64,000 nucleotides of DNA from Minisyncoccota bacterium (GTDB lineage: Bacteria > Patescibacteriota > Minisyncoccia > Phycocordibacterales > UBA5272). A program made the translations under genes and the position numbers. Shown here in pieces: positions 1 to 10,148 of this stretch; the first letter of the stretch is position 1; each line of letters starts with the position of its first letter. The DNA lies in NCBI GenBank assembly GCA_046350775.1, contig JAXLZS010000001.1, positions 90,441 to 154,440 of the forward strand, read 5' to 3'. The notes beneath the pieces are model-generated. The model ran no database searches and had not been told where the DNA came from. It saw nothing but the letters and a program-made list of their open reading frames with translations.

Positions 1-1458
1 GGAGGATTTTCTGGAACCAATCAGACTTCCAGAACAATCAAGGATTCTTATGCAACAGGAAATTTAACTTTGTCTGGTGGAGCAGGAGGTAATGGTGGCT
101 CTGGTGGAAGTGGTGGAAATGGTGGAAATGGTGTATCTGCCGGTACCGGAGGTAATGGTGGTAATTCAGGAACTGTTGGCGCTGGAACAGTAGGAGGAGT
201 TAAATATGGTGGTGGATTTACTGGCTATAATTTAGGTACAATTAGCAATGTTTATTCTTTAGGTAATGTGTCAGTTATAGGATCAGATGGTGGTGCGGCT
301 GGTAATGGAGGCACAGCTGGTAATGGTGCAAGTGGAGGAATAAGCGGTGCTGGGGGAGTAGGTGGTAATGAAGGAGCTACAGCAGCAGCTGGAGCTGGCG
401 GAGCTTTACATGCTGGAGGATTGATCGGATACAATTTTACAGGAGGTATAGTCCAGTATTCTTGGACTGCTGGCAATACTGTTTTGGCTACAGGTGGATC
501 AGGCGGATCTCCTGGCACAAGAGGTAATGGTGGTAATGGTGGAGCCGGAGGAACTCTTGCTGGTGGAAATGGTGGAACTGGTGTTGCTGGTAGTGCTGGA
601 GGAGCTGGAGGAACAAGTAATGTGGGAGGTTTGATTGGTTCTAATATTACTACAGGTTCTTTAAATACTAGTTACGCATCTACGACTGTTATAGTTATAG
701 GAGGAAATGGCTCGGTTGGTGGTGTTGGAGGAAATGGAGGCTCTGGTGGTGCTGGAGGATCAAGCGGATCAGGAAATGGCGGTACCGGACAAAATGGTTT
801 GATAGGTGGTGCGGGAGGAGCTGGAGGTTTGGTTGTTGCAGGTGGTTTAGTAGGAGATAATACTGGAATAATAACAAACGCTTATTCTAGTGGGAATGTC
901 ACAGCTACAGCCGGAAGTCCTGCTGTTGGTGGTACCGGTGGAAATGGAGGAAACGGAGGAGCTGCTGGAGGTGGAACAGTTGGAGCAAATGGTAGCGGTG
1001 GTAATGGTGGAGCCGGAGGTGCTGGTGCTAGTGCTTATGTCGGTGGACTTTTAGGTAGTCATGCAACTTCTCTCGTTACAAATACCTATTCTACTGGGGT
1101 ACCTTTAGCAAGTAAGACTTCAGGTGCTAATGGTGGTAGTGGAGGATTAAAAGGTGTTGGTGGATCTGGTGGAACTAATGGTAGTACTGGAACCACAGGA
1201 GCTTCCACAGCATTACAATATGCTGGAGGTATAGTGGGTAATCCGGTCAGTGGTACATGGTCTTCTAGTTATTGGAATACCAACACTTCAGGAAAAACTG
1301 ATGGAGCTGGAAATGCTACAACTCCAAGCAACACTTCAGGAAAAACTACTAATCAGATGAAGCAACAATCAACTTTTTCTGGTTGGGATTTTACTAGTTT
1401 TCCAACTTGGAAGATTATGGAGAATACCACATATCCATATTTTAATTATCAGACAGCT

Positions 1459-4400
1459 CCTGATGCTCCAATTATCGGTACAGCTACCGCTGGAAATGGA
1501 CAAGCAACAATTACATTTACACAGCCTGCAAATATTGGCGGAGCACCTATCACAAGTTATACAGTCACTTCGAATCCTGGCGGATTTACTGCATCAGCAG
1601 GCACTTCTCCAATTACGATTACTGGACTTACAAACGGTACTACATACACATTCACTGTTACTGCAACTAACGCATACGGCACAAGTATTTCTTCTGCTAC
1701 TACAAATTCCGTAACTCCTGCCACTGTTCCTGATGCCCCAACTATTGGTTCAGTAACTGCTGGAAATGGACAAGCAACAGTCATTCACTCCTCCAGTATC
1801 AAATGGAGGATCATCAATCACATATTACACTGTCACTTCAAGTGGAGGACAAACTGCTACAGGTGGATCATCACCAATTACAGTTCTAGGATTAAACAAC
1901 GGTACCACTTACACCTTCACAGTGACAGCTACAAACGTCACAGTTGGTACCAGTACTCCATCTTCTACAAGTAATTCCGTCACTCCTGCCACTGTTCCTG
2001 ATGCTCCAACAGGAGTCACAGCTGTTCGTGGAAATGGAGAGGCTTATATATCATTTACTCCAGGTAACAACGGAGGTTCAACTATTTTGTATTACACTGT
2101 CACTTCAAGTGGAGGACAAACTGCTACAGGTGGATCATCACCAATTACAGTGACAGGTCTTTCAAATGGTTCCTCATACACATTCACTGTTACTGCAACT
2201 AATATTGTAGGTACAAGTTCTTCTTCTACAATTAGTGCCCCAATAACTCCTGCTGTTCCTGATGCTCCAACTATTGGTTCAGTAACTGCTGGAAATGGAC
2301 AAGCAACAGTCACATTCACTCCTCCAGTATCAAATGGTGGATCATCAATCACATATTACACTGTCACTTCAAGTGGAGGACAAACTGCTACAGGTGGATC
2401 ATCACCAATTACAGTTCTAGGATTAAACAACGGTACCACTTACACCTTCACAGTGACAGCTACAAATGCAGTTGGTACCAGTACTCCATCTTCTACAAGT
2501 AATTCCGTCACTCCTGCCACTGTTCCTGATGCTCCAACAGGAGTCACAGCTGTTCGTGGAAATGGAGAAGCTTATATATCATTTACTCCAGGTAACAACG
2601 GAGGTTCAACTATTTTGTATTACACTGTCACTTCAGAGTGGAGGACAAACTGCTACAGGTGGATCATCACCAATTACAGTGACAGGTCTTTCAAATGGTT
2701 CCTCATACACATTCATGACACTGCAACTAATATTGTAGGTACAAGTTCTTCTTCTACAATTAGTGCCCCAATAACTCCTGCCACTGTTCCTGATGCTCCA
2801 ACTATTGGTTCAGTAACTGCTGGAAATGGACAAGCAACAGTCACATTCACTCCTCCAGTATCAAATGGTGGATCATCAATCACATATTACACTGTCACTT
2901 TAGTGGAGGACAAACTGCTACAGGTGGATCATCACCAATTGCAGTTCTAGAGTTAAACAACGGTACCACTTGCACACTTCACAGTGACAGCTACAAATGC
3001 AGTTGGTACTTGTTACTCATCTTCTACAAGTAATTCCGTAACTCCTGCCACTGTTCCTGATGCCCCAACAGGAGTCACAGCTGTTCGTGGAAATGGAAGC
3101 TTATATATCATTTTACTCCTGGAAACAATGGAGGCTCAACTGTTTTGTATTACACTGTCACTTCAAGTGGAGGACAAACTGCTACAGGTGGATCATCACC
3201 AATTACAGTTCTAGGATTAAACAACGGTACCACTTACACCTTCACAGTGACAGCTACAAGGCCCAAGTCGGCACCAGTACTCCATCTTCTACAAGTAATT
3301 CCGTCACTCCTGCCACTGTTCCTGATGCTCCAACTATTGGTTCAGTAACTGCTGGAAATGGACAAGCAACAGTCACATTCACTCCTCCAGTATCAAATGG
3401 AGGATCATCAATCACATATTACACTGTCACTTCAAGTGGAGGACAAACTGCTACAGGTGGATCATCACCAATTACAGTTCTAGGATTAAACAACGGTACC
3501 ACTTACACCTTTACAGTGACAGCTACAAATGCAGTTGGTACCAGTACTCCATCTTCTACAAGTAATTCCATCCTCCTGCCACTGTTCCTGATGCTCCAAC
3601 TATTGGTTCAGTAACTGCTGGAAATGGACAAGCAACAGTCACATTCACTCCTCCAGTATCAAATGGTGGATCATCAATCACATATTACACTGTCACTTCA
3701 AGTGGAGGACAAACTGCTACAGGTGGATCATCACCAATTACAGTTCTAGGATTAAACAACGGTACCACTTACACCTTCACAGTGACAGCTACAAATGCAG
3801 TTGGTACCAGTACTCCATCTTCTACAAGTAATTCCGTCACTCCTGCCACTGTTCCTGATGCTCCAACAGGAGTCACAGCTGTTCGTGGAAATGGAGAAGC
3901 ATATATCATTTACTCCAGGTAACAACGGAGGTTCAACTATTTTGTATTACACTGTCACTTCAAGTGGAGGACAAACTGCTACAGGTGGATCATCACCAAT
4001 TACAGTGACAGGTCTTTCAAATGGTTCTCATACACATTCTGTTACTGCAACTAATATTGTGGGTACAAGTTCTTCTTCTACAATTAGTGCCCCAATAACT
4101 CCTGCCACTGTTCCTGATGCTCCAACTATTGGTTCAGTAACTGCTGGAAATGGACAAGCAACAGTCACATTCACTCCTCCAGTATCAAATGGTGGATCAT
4201 CAATCACATATTACACTGTCACTTCAAGTGGAGGACAAACTGCTACAGGTGGATCATCACCAATTACAGTTCTAGGATTAAACAACAGTACCACTTACAC
4301 CTTTACAGTGACAGCTACAAATGCAGTCGGCACCAGTACTCCATCTTCTACAAGTAATTCCGTCACTCCTGCCACTGTTCCTGATGCTCCAACTATTGGT

Positions 4401-7050
4401 TCAGTAACTGCTGGAAATGGACAAGCAACAGTCACATTCATACTCAGTATCAAATGGTGGATCATCAATCACATATTACACTGTCACTTCAAGTGGAGGA
4501 CAAACTGCTACAGGTGGATCATCACCAATTACAGTTCTAGGATTAAACAACGGTACCACTTACACCTTCACAGTGACAGCTACAAATGCAGTTGGTACCA
4601 GTACTCCATCTTCTACAAGTAATTCCGTCACTCCTGCCACTGTTCCTGATGCTCCAACAGGAGTCACAGCTGTTCGTGGAAATGGAGAAGCTTATATATG
4701 TTTACTCCAGGTAACAACGGAGGTTCAACTATTTTGTATTACACTGTCACTTCAAGTGGAGGACAAACTGCTGAGTGGATCATCACCAATTACAGTGACA
4801 GGTCTTTCAAATGGTTCCTCATACACATTCACTGTTACTGCAACTAATATTGTAGGTACAAGTTCTTCTTCTACAATTAGTGCCCCAATAACTCCTGCCA
4901 CTGTTCCTGATGCTCCAACTATTGGTTCAGTAACTGCTGGAAATGGACAAGCAACAGTCACATTCACTCCTCCAGTATCAAATGGTGGATCATCAATCAC
5001 ATATTACACTGTCACTTCAAGTGGAGGACAAACTGCTACAGGTGGATCATCACCAATTACAGTTCTAGGATTAAACAACGGTACCACTTACACCTTTACA
5101 GTGACAGCTACAAATGCAGTTGGTACCAGTACTCCATCTTCTACAAAGTAATTCCGTAACTCCTGCCACTGTTCCTGATGCCCCAACAGGAGTCACAGCT
5201 GTTCGTGGAAATGGAGAAGCTTATATATCATTTACTCCTGGAAACAATGGAGGCTCAACTGTTTTGTATTACACTGTCACTTCAAGTGGAGGACAAACTG
5301 CTACAGGTGGATCATCACCAATTACAGTTCTAGGATTAAACAACGGTACCACTTACACCTTCACAGTGACAGCTACAAATGCAGTCGGCACCAGTACTCC
5401 ATCTTCTACAAGTAATTCCGTCACTCCTGCCACTGTTCCTGATGCTCCAACTATTGGTTCAGTAACTGCTGGAAATGGACAAGCAACAGTCACATTCACT
5501 CCTCCAGTATCAAATGGTGGATCATCAATCACATATTACACTGTCACTTCAAGTGGAGGACAAACTGCTACAGGTGGATCATCACCAATTACAGTTCTAG
5601 GATTAAACAACGGTACCACTTACACCTTCACAGTGACAGCTACAAATGCAGTCGGCACCAGTACTCCATCTTCTACAAGTAATTCCGTAACTCCTGCCAC
5701 TGTTCCTGATGCCCCAACTATTGGTTCAGTAACTGCTGGAAATGGACAAGCAACAGTCACATTCACTCCTCCAGTATCAAATGGAGGATCATCAATCACA
5801 TATTACACTGTCACTTCAAGTGGAGGACAAACTGCTACAGGTGGATCATCACCAATTACAGTTCTAGGATTAAACAACGGTACCACTTACACCTTTACAG
5901 TGACAGCTACAAATGCAGTTGGTACCAGTACTCCATCTTCTACAAGTAATTCCGTCACTCCTGCCACTGTTCCTGATGCTCCAACAGGAGTCACAGCTGT
6001 TCGTGGAAATGGAGAAGCTTATATATCATTTACTCCAGGTAACAACGGAGGTTCAACTATTTTGTATTACACTGTCACTTCAAGTGGAGGACAAACTGCT
6101 ACAGGTGGATCATCACCAATTACAGTGACAGGTCTTTCAAATGGTTCCTCATACACATTCACTGTTACTGCAACTAATATTGTAGGTACAAGTTCTTCTT
6201 CTACAATTAGTGCCCCAATAACTCCTGCCACTGTTCCTGATGCTCCAACTATTGGTTCAGTAACTGCTGGAAATGGACAAGCAACAGTCACATTCACTCC
6301 TCCAGTATCAAATGGTGGATCATCAATCACATATTACACTGTCACTTCAAGTGGAGGACAAACTGCTACAGGTGGATCATCACCAATTACAGTTCTAGGA
6401 TTAAACAACGGTACCACTTACACCTTTACAGTGACAGCTACAAATGCAGTTGGTACCAGTACTCCATCTTCTACAAGTAATTCCGTCACTCCTGCCACTG
6501 TTCCTGATGCTCCAACTAATGTTGCTGGAACTATTGGAAATGGAAGTGTTAGTGTTTCTTGGTCAGCTCCAGCTTCAAATGGAGGATCTCCTATAATTTT
6601 GTACACTGTCACAGCTAGTCCTGGAGGACAAACTGCTACTTCAACTGCTACAAATTTGACGATGACAGGATTAAACAATGGTACCACTTACACCTTTACA
6701 GTGACAGCTACAAATATTTACGGTACCAGTGTTTCTTCTGGTTCGAGTGCGGGTCTGACTCCAGCCGATGTTCCTGGTACTCCTACAAACTTGGCTGCGG
6801 TCGTAAGAGACTCTAGTATAGATCTTTCTTGGACAGCTCCAGCTTCAAATGGAGGTTCACCTTTAATTGATTATGTTATTCAATATAAACTTACAACAGG
6901 TGGGACTTGGACAACATTTGCTGACGGTATAAGTACTGTACCTGCTGTGACGATCACAAGTTTATCAAACAACAATTCTTATGACTTTCGTGTTTATGCA
7001 AAAAATATTGTAGGAACAAGTTCTCCTTCTACTCAAGTCAGTGCCGCTCC
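1459..7050 (+). repeat. Coding tandem array with a period of ~261-270 nt. About 18 copies are near-identical and alternate between subtype A (PDAPTIGSVTAGNGQATVTFTPPVSNGG...) and subtype B (PDAPTGVTAVRGNGEAYISFTPGNNGG...). Three more divergent FN3-like copies lie at the ends.
   Basis: Identical ~50-nt strings recur at ~1738, 2267, 2798, 3331, 3598, 4117, 4387, 4909, 5449, 5707 and 6247 for type A, and at ~2006, 2541, 3071, 3859, 4660, 5185 and 5980 for type B. Each unit carries the FN3-like consensus TYTFTVTATN. Confidence 0.9.
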
Positions 7051-7489
7051 TGGTGCTCCAGCACAAGTTTTGATTCAGAGTTTCAGTAATTTGACTACAC
7101 CAAACATAGCTACTTTGGTACGTATTACAAATGAAGGTTCTGTCGCTTATGAGTACACATATACATGGTGTGTTACGAATTCTTCTACGAATACTTGTGG
7201 AGGAGGAGACGACATCTTCAGTTCTACTGCTGCAAAATTGATTCAGCCTGGAGCGAATTTTGACACAACATTGACTTCAACAGTGCCGACAGCTGGTAAT
7301 TATTTCTTCCATATAAATGTTCAATTTGGATCTGATTCTTCAACAGCTAAACAATCATTTACAGCTACAACAGTTACCACTCCAGTGACTCCACCAAGTG
7401 GGGGTGGAGGAGGTGGTGGCGGTGGAGGGGGAGGTTCTCCTTTACCGGTAGTTGATGTGCCTGCCACAAACACTTCTTGTATCGGAGCA

Positions 7490-7650
7490 GATTTCAATCA
7501 TGATGGAAAAGTAAACTCTGTAGACTTTTCAATTATGTTAGCATTTTGGAAGACAGCTTATCCATTCAAAAATGCTTGTGTGGATATAAACAAGGATAAA
7601 CAAGTAAACTCTGTAGACTTTTCAATTCTACTTTATCAATGGGGAAAAGA
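7490..7650 (+). other. Type-I dockerin module made of two 22-aa Ca-binding repeats, DFNHDGKVNSVDFSIMLAFW and DINKDKQVNSVDFSILLYQW.
   Basis: It has the canonical dockerin loop D-x-N/D-x-D-G/K-x-V-N-x-x-D followed by a helix, present twice. A 24-nt string, gtaaactctgtagacttttcaatt, is duplicated at 7511 and 7604. Confidence 0.8.
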
Positions 7651-7687
7651 TCCTGTATTATTTAAAAAAGATTAATAAACAATAATT

Positions 7688-8308
7688 ATGAATAAAAAAT
7701 ATTTATTATATATAATGTTTACATTTATTGGATTAAAATTATTTTTCTTACCACAAAATATTTTTGCGGCAGAATTAAATTTTAAAATCCTATCAGACAA
7801 AAGTTCAGATCCAGCTTCTAAAGTAGTCGAAGTACGCATAGATCCAAAAGGAAAAATGTTAAATGTTATAGATGGTGTTATATCTTTTGACGGATCAGGT
7901 TCAGACAATCTTTATGTGCAAGTTGAAAATGGAAATTCTATTCTATCTCTTTGGCCTACGCCACCAATTTACGATAAAGATAGTAAATCTATCCATTTTA
8001 TAGGTGGAATTCCAAATGGATTTGATAAAGAAGGCTTACTTTTTGTCTTAAAGATAGATCAAAAGTCCGCAGGCGATTTATCAGTTTTATTTTCAAACGG
8101 TTTTGCTTATTTAAATGACGGTAAAGGCACTCAAGAAAATATTTCTTCTAGTCCTCTTGCTATTAGTGGGAATCTTGTTAAGACTGGAAAAGTTTTTGAG
8201 ATCAATAAAAAAATTATTAACATAAAAGATGTTATAATAATTTTATCTGTTATAGTCATAGCTATTTTTACAATTTTTTATGTATATAAAAAAAATATTA
8301 AAAAATAA
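7688..8308 (+). CDS. Secreted, C-terminally TM-anchored protein carrying one cohesin-like beta-sandwich domain.
   Basis: There is an N-terminal signal peptide (MNKKYLLYIMFTFIGLKLFFLPQNIFA) and a C-terminal hydrophobic anchor (IIILSVIVIAIFTIFYVYKK). The central ~140 aa are homologous to the N-terminal domain of the next gene, e.g. SLWPTPP...IHFIGGIPNGF matches SLWVEDPA...ITFNGGLPTPG. Confidence 0.6.
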   Translation: MNKKYLLYIMFTFIGLKLFFLPQNIFAAELNFKILSDKSSDPASKVVEVRIDPKGKMLNVIDGVISFDGSGSDNLYVQVENGNSILSLWPTPPIYDKDSKSIHFIGGIPNGFDKEGLLFVLKIDQKSAGDLSVLFSNGFAYLNDGKGTQENISSSPLAISGNLVKTGKVFEINKKIINIKDVIIILSVIVIAIFTIFYVYKKNIKK

Positions 8309-9995
8309 AATATTCTTCATTAGGACAATATTATTTTTTATTTTTGTTTTTTCTTCATGTCTTTATACTGAGGCCGCGATTCTAAAAATAAATTCAAATG
8401 TTTCCACTCTTTCAGTTGGTGACACTGCTACTATAAGTGTATTTTTAAATTCTGAAGGTTTTGCTGTCAATAATGTAGAAGCAGTTTTGCAATATCCTAC
8501 CGATATGCTTGATGTCTTATCTGTCAGCAAGAGTAGTTCTATATTTTCTCTCTGGGTAGAAGACCCTGCTTTTTCAAACAATTCAGGTACTATAACATTC
8601 AATGGAGGATTACCTACTCCAGGATATAGTGGATCACAAGGATTAGTTGTGACTTTTGTTGTCAAAGCCAAAAAAGCCGGATCTGCTAATATTTCTTTTT
8701 CTAGTGCTGCCGCCAGAGCAAATGATGGTCTTGGTACAGATGTTTTAAATAGTAAAACAGGTAAAACTCTCACAATAAATGAATCCTTAAAACCAGTCGT
8801 AGAAGAGACGAAGCCTACTACTCCTACCACGACTCAGACTTCTACTTCTATACAGATAACTTCAACTTCTCATCCAGATCAAGATAGTTGGTATAAAGAT
8901 AATACGCCTACATTTAAGTGGAATATACCTTCAGGAGCTAATGCAGTTCAGACAACTATAGACAACAATACTTCTGGAGTACCACATGTCACTTATAGTC
9001 CAGCAATAGATAGTAAAACTGTAGACAAAGTAAAAGATGGAGTTTGGTATTTTAAGGTGCGTGCTCGCAAAGATGGTGTTTGGGGATCGACAAGTAAATA
9101 TATAGTCAGAGTTGATACCGTCGCTCCACAATTAAAATCTACTTCTTTTGATTACGATGATAAATCAAAAATTTTAAGTATAAATGTAGACGCTCAAGAT
9201 TCTACTTCTGGTATAGATCATTATGATGTCATAATTAATAATGTTTTAATAAAGAGTATTTCAGCAAAAGATTTTGTAAATGGAAAGTATTCTCTACCTT
9301 TCAGTAACTCAGGAAGTAATAAAGTAAAATTGGTCGTATATGATAAAGCTGGCAACAGTGTAGAATCCGATACTTCTTCATTTGAATCTACAAGTTCTAT
9401 AGCTCCAAAACTTAATGATATTCCAAGTCTAGTATCTGCTAATGAAAATCTGATAGTCAGCGGCTCTATACAAAGTGCAAATACTAATCTTTTAGTCAAA
9501 TTTAGAAAAGATGAAGGACAAGAAATAATTCTAGAAGTAAAATCAAATGCAAATGGAGATTTCTTAGTCTTATTACCTAAATTGGAGTCTGGTAATTATG
9601 AAATCTGGGCAGAATCTATTAACGGAGCTCAGTCTGAACATATAAATACAAAAGCTATATCACAAACTATAGTCACTATAGGTAGCTACAGCTTTACTTT
9701 GCTTTACTTGATTATTGTGGTTTTAGTTTTGATGATATTATCTTTCTACTTTGGACACTATCTGACCATAAAATTGAGACCTAGACGCAGACAGAGATCC
9801 AGACCTCTATCAGCAAGAAGAGATCATTCTAGGACTCTAAGTCTATTAAAGAAAAATCTTGAGAGACATTTAGAGATATTGCAAAATATTAGACATGATC
9901 GTCTTTTGACTAAAGAAGAAAGAGAGATGAAAGAAAATATAGAAGGCGGTCTCGATGAGATAGATCAAGTATTATTAAAAGGGGATAATAAATAA
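8280..9995 (+). CDS. Type-I membrane protein. It has a signal peptide, a cohesin-like domain, a Thr-rich linker, Ig-like/beta domains, a single TM helix, and an Arg-rich, acidic coiled-coil cytoplasmic tail.
   Basis: The N-terminal domain LKINSNVSTLSVGDTATISVFLNSEGFAVNNVEAVLQYPTDMLDVLSV fits the cohesin pattern V.I....GDTV.IPV.....N....L.YD...L. This is followed by TKPTTPTTTQTST, the TM segment FTLLYLIIVVLVLMILSFYF, and RPRRRQRSRPLSARRDH. Confidence 0.6.
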   Translation: MYIKKILKNKIFFIRTILFFIFVFSSCLYTEAAILKINSNVSTLSVGDTATISVFLNSEGFAVNNVEAVLQYPTDMLDVLSVSKSSSIFSLWVEDPAFSNNSGTITFNGGLPTPGYSGSQGLVVTFVVKAKKAGSANISFSSAAARANDGLGTDVLNSKTGKTLTINESLKPVVEETKPTTPTTTQTSTSIQITSTSHPDQDSWYKDNTPTFKWNIPSGANAVQTTIDNNTSGVPHVTYSPAIDSKTVDKVKDGVWYFKVRARKDGVWGSTSKYIVRVDTVAPQLKSTSFDYDDKSKILSINVDAQDSTSGIDHYDVIINNVLIKSISAKDFVNGKYSLPFSNSGSNKVKLVVYDKAGNSVESDTSSFESTSSIAPKLNDIPSLVSANENLIVSGSIQSANTNLLVKFRKDEGQEIILEVKSNANGDFLVLLPKLESGNYEIWAESINGAQSEHINTKAISQTIVTIGSYSFTLLYLIIVVLVLMILSFYFGHYLTIKLRPRRRQRSRPLSARRDHSRTLSLLKKNLERHLEILQNIRHDRLLTKEEREMKENIEGGLDEIDQVLLKGDNK

Positions 9996-10148
9996 AAATA
10001 TTTTCAAAGAAAAATAGATATCCTACGATATCTATTTTTCTTTTGCCTGTCAACAATGTCTTTTTATTTTTTGGTGTATAATATATTTATATAAAAATTT
10101 ATTTTTTAATTGATAATTTAAATCTAAATTTATTAGATATTTTATTTT

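Larger units (their letters stand above)
1..7675 (+). pseudogene. Giant cell-surface protein, 5'-partial (frame open from base 1). It has GLUG/Gly-rich repeats, ~21 tandem FN3-like domains, a unique C-terminal domain, a poly-Gly linker and a type-I dockerin. The reading frame is broken more than 12 times between ~1766 and 5151, so it is either a pseudogene or an assembly artefact in the repeats.
   Basis: Six-frame ORFs 70-1974, 1766-2950, 2984-3214, 3060-3614, 3795-4622, 4417-5151 and 5114-7675 all encode the same repeat protein in shifted frames. Direct comparison of repeat copies shows small indels or substitutions at each frame break. Confidence 0.75.

Noticed and set aside
1766-5151. Programmed ribosomal frameshifting to explain the broken frame.
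   Set aside because: More than 12 independent breaks of mixed type (+1, -1, -2, substitutions) with no slippery-site pattern. Repeat mis-assembly or decay is far more parsimonious.
252-6687. Minus-strand ORFs (252-518, 695-877, 1557-1784, 2092-2352, 4752-5000, 6067-6330, 6418-6687) and short plus-strand ORFs (1463-1714, 1944-2153, 2466-2738, 3145-3348, 5913-6128) inside the giant gene.
   Set aside because: They are antisense or out-of-frame translations of the Gly-rich/FN3 repeat DNA and recur once per repeat. They are by-products of repeat composition, not genes.
1459-7050. Possible CRISPR array, because of the regular repeats.
   Set aside because: The period is ~265 nt and coding (FN3 domains). 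There is no short repeat/spacer alternation and no cas genes.
7396-7437. Poly-G-like run as a homopolymer sequencing artefact.
   Set aside because: It is a mixed ggt/gga/ggg/ggc codon run, in frame, encoding 12-13 Gly. It is a genuine flexible linker.
8363-9499. Minus-strand ORFs 8363-8830, 8931-9131 and 9221-9499.
   Set aside because: Antisense to the well-supported cohesin-like gene 8280-9995.
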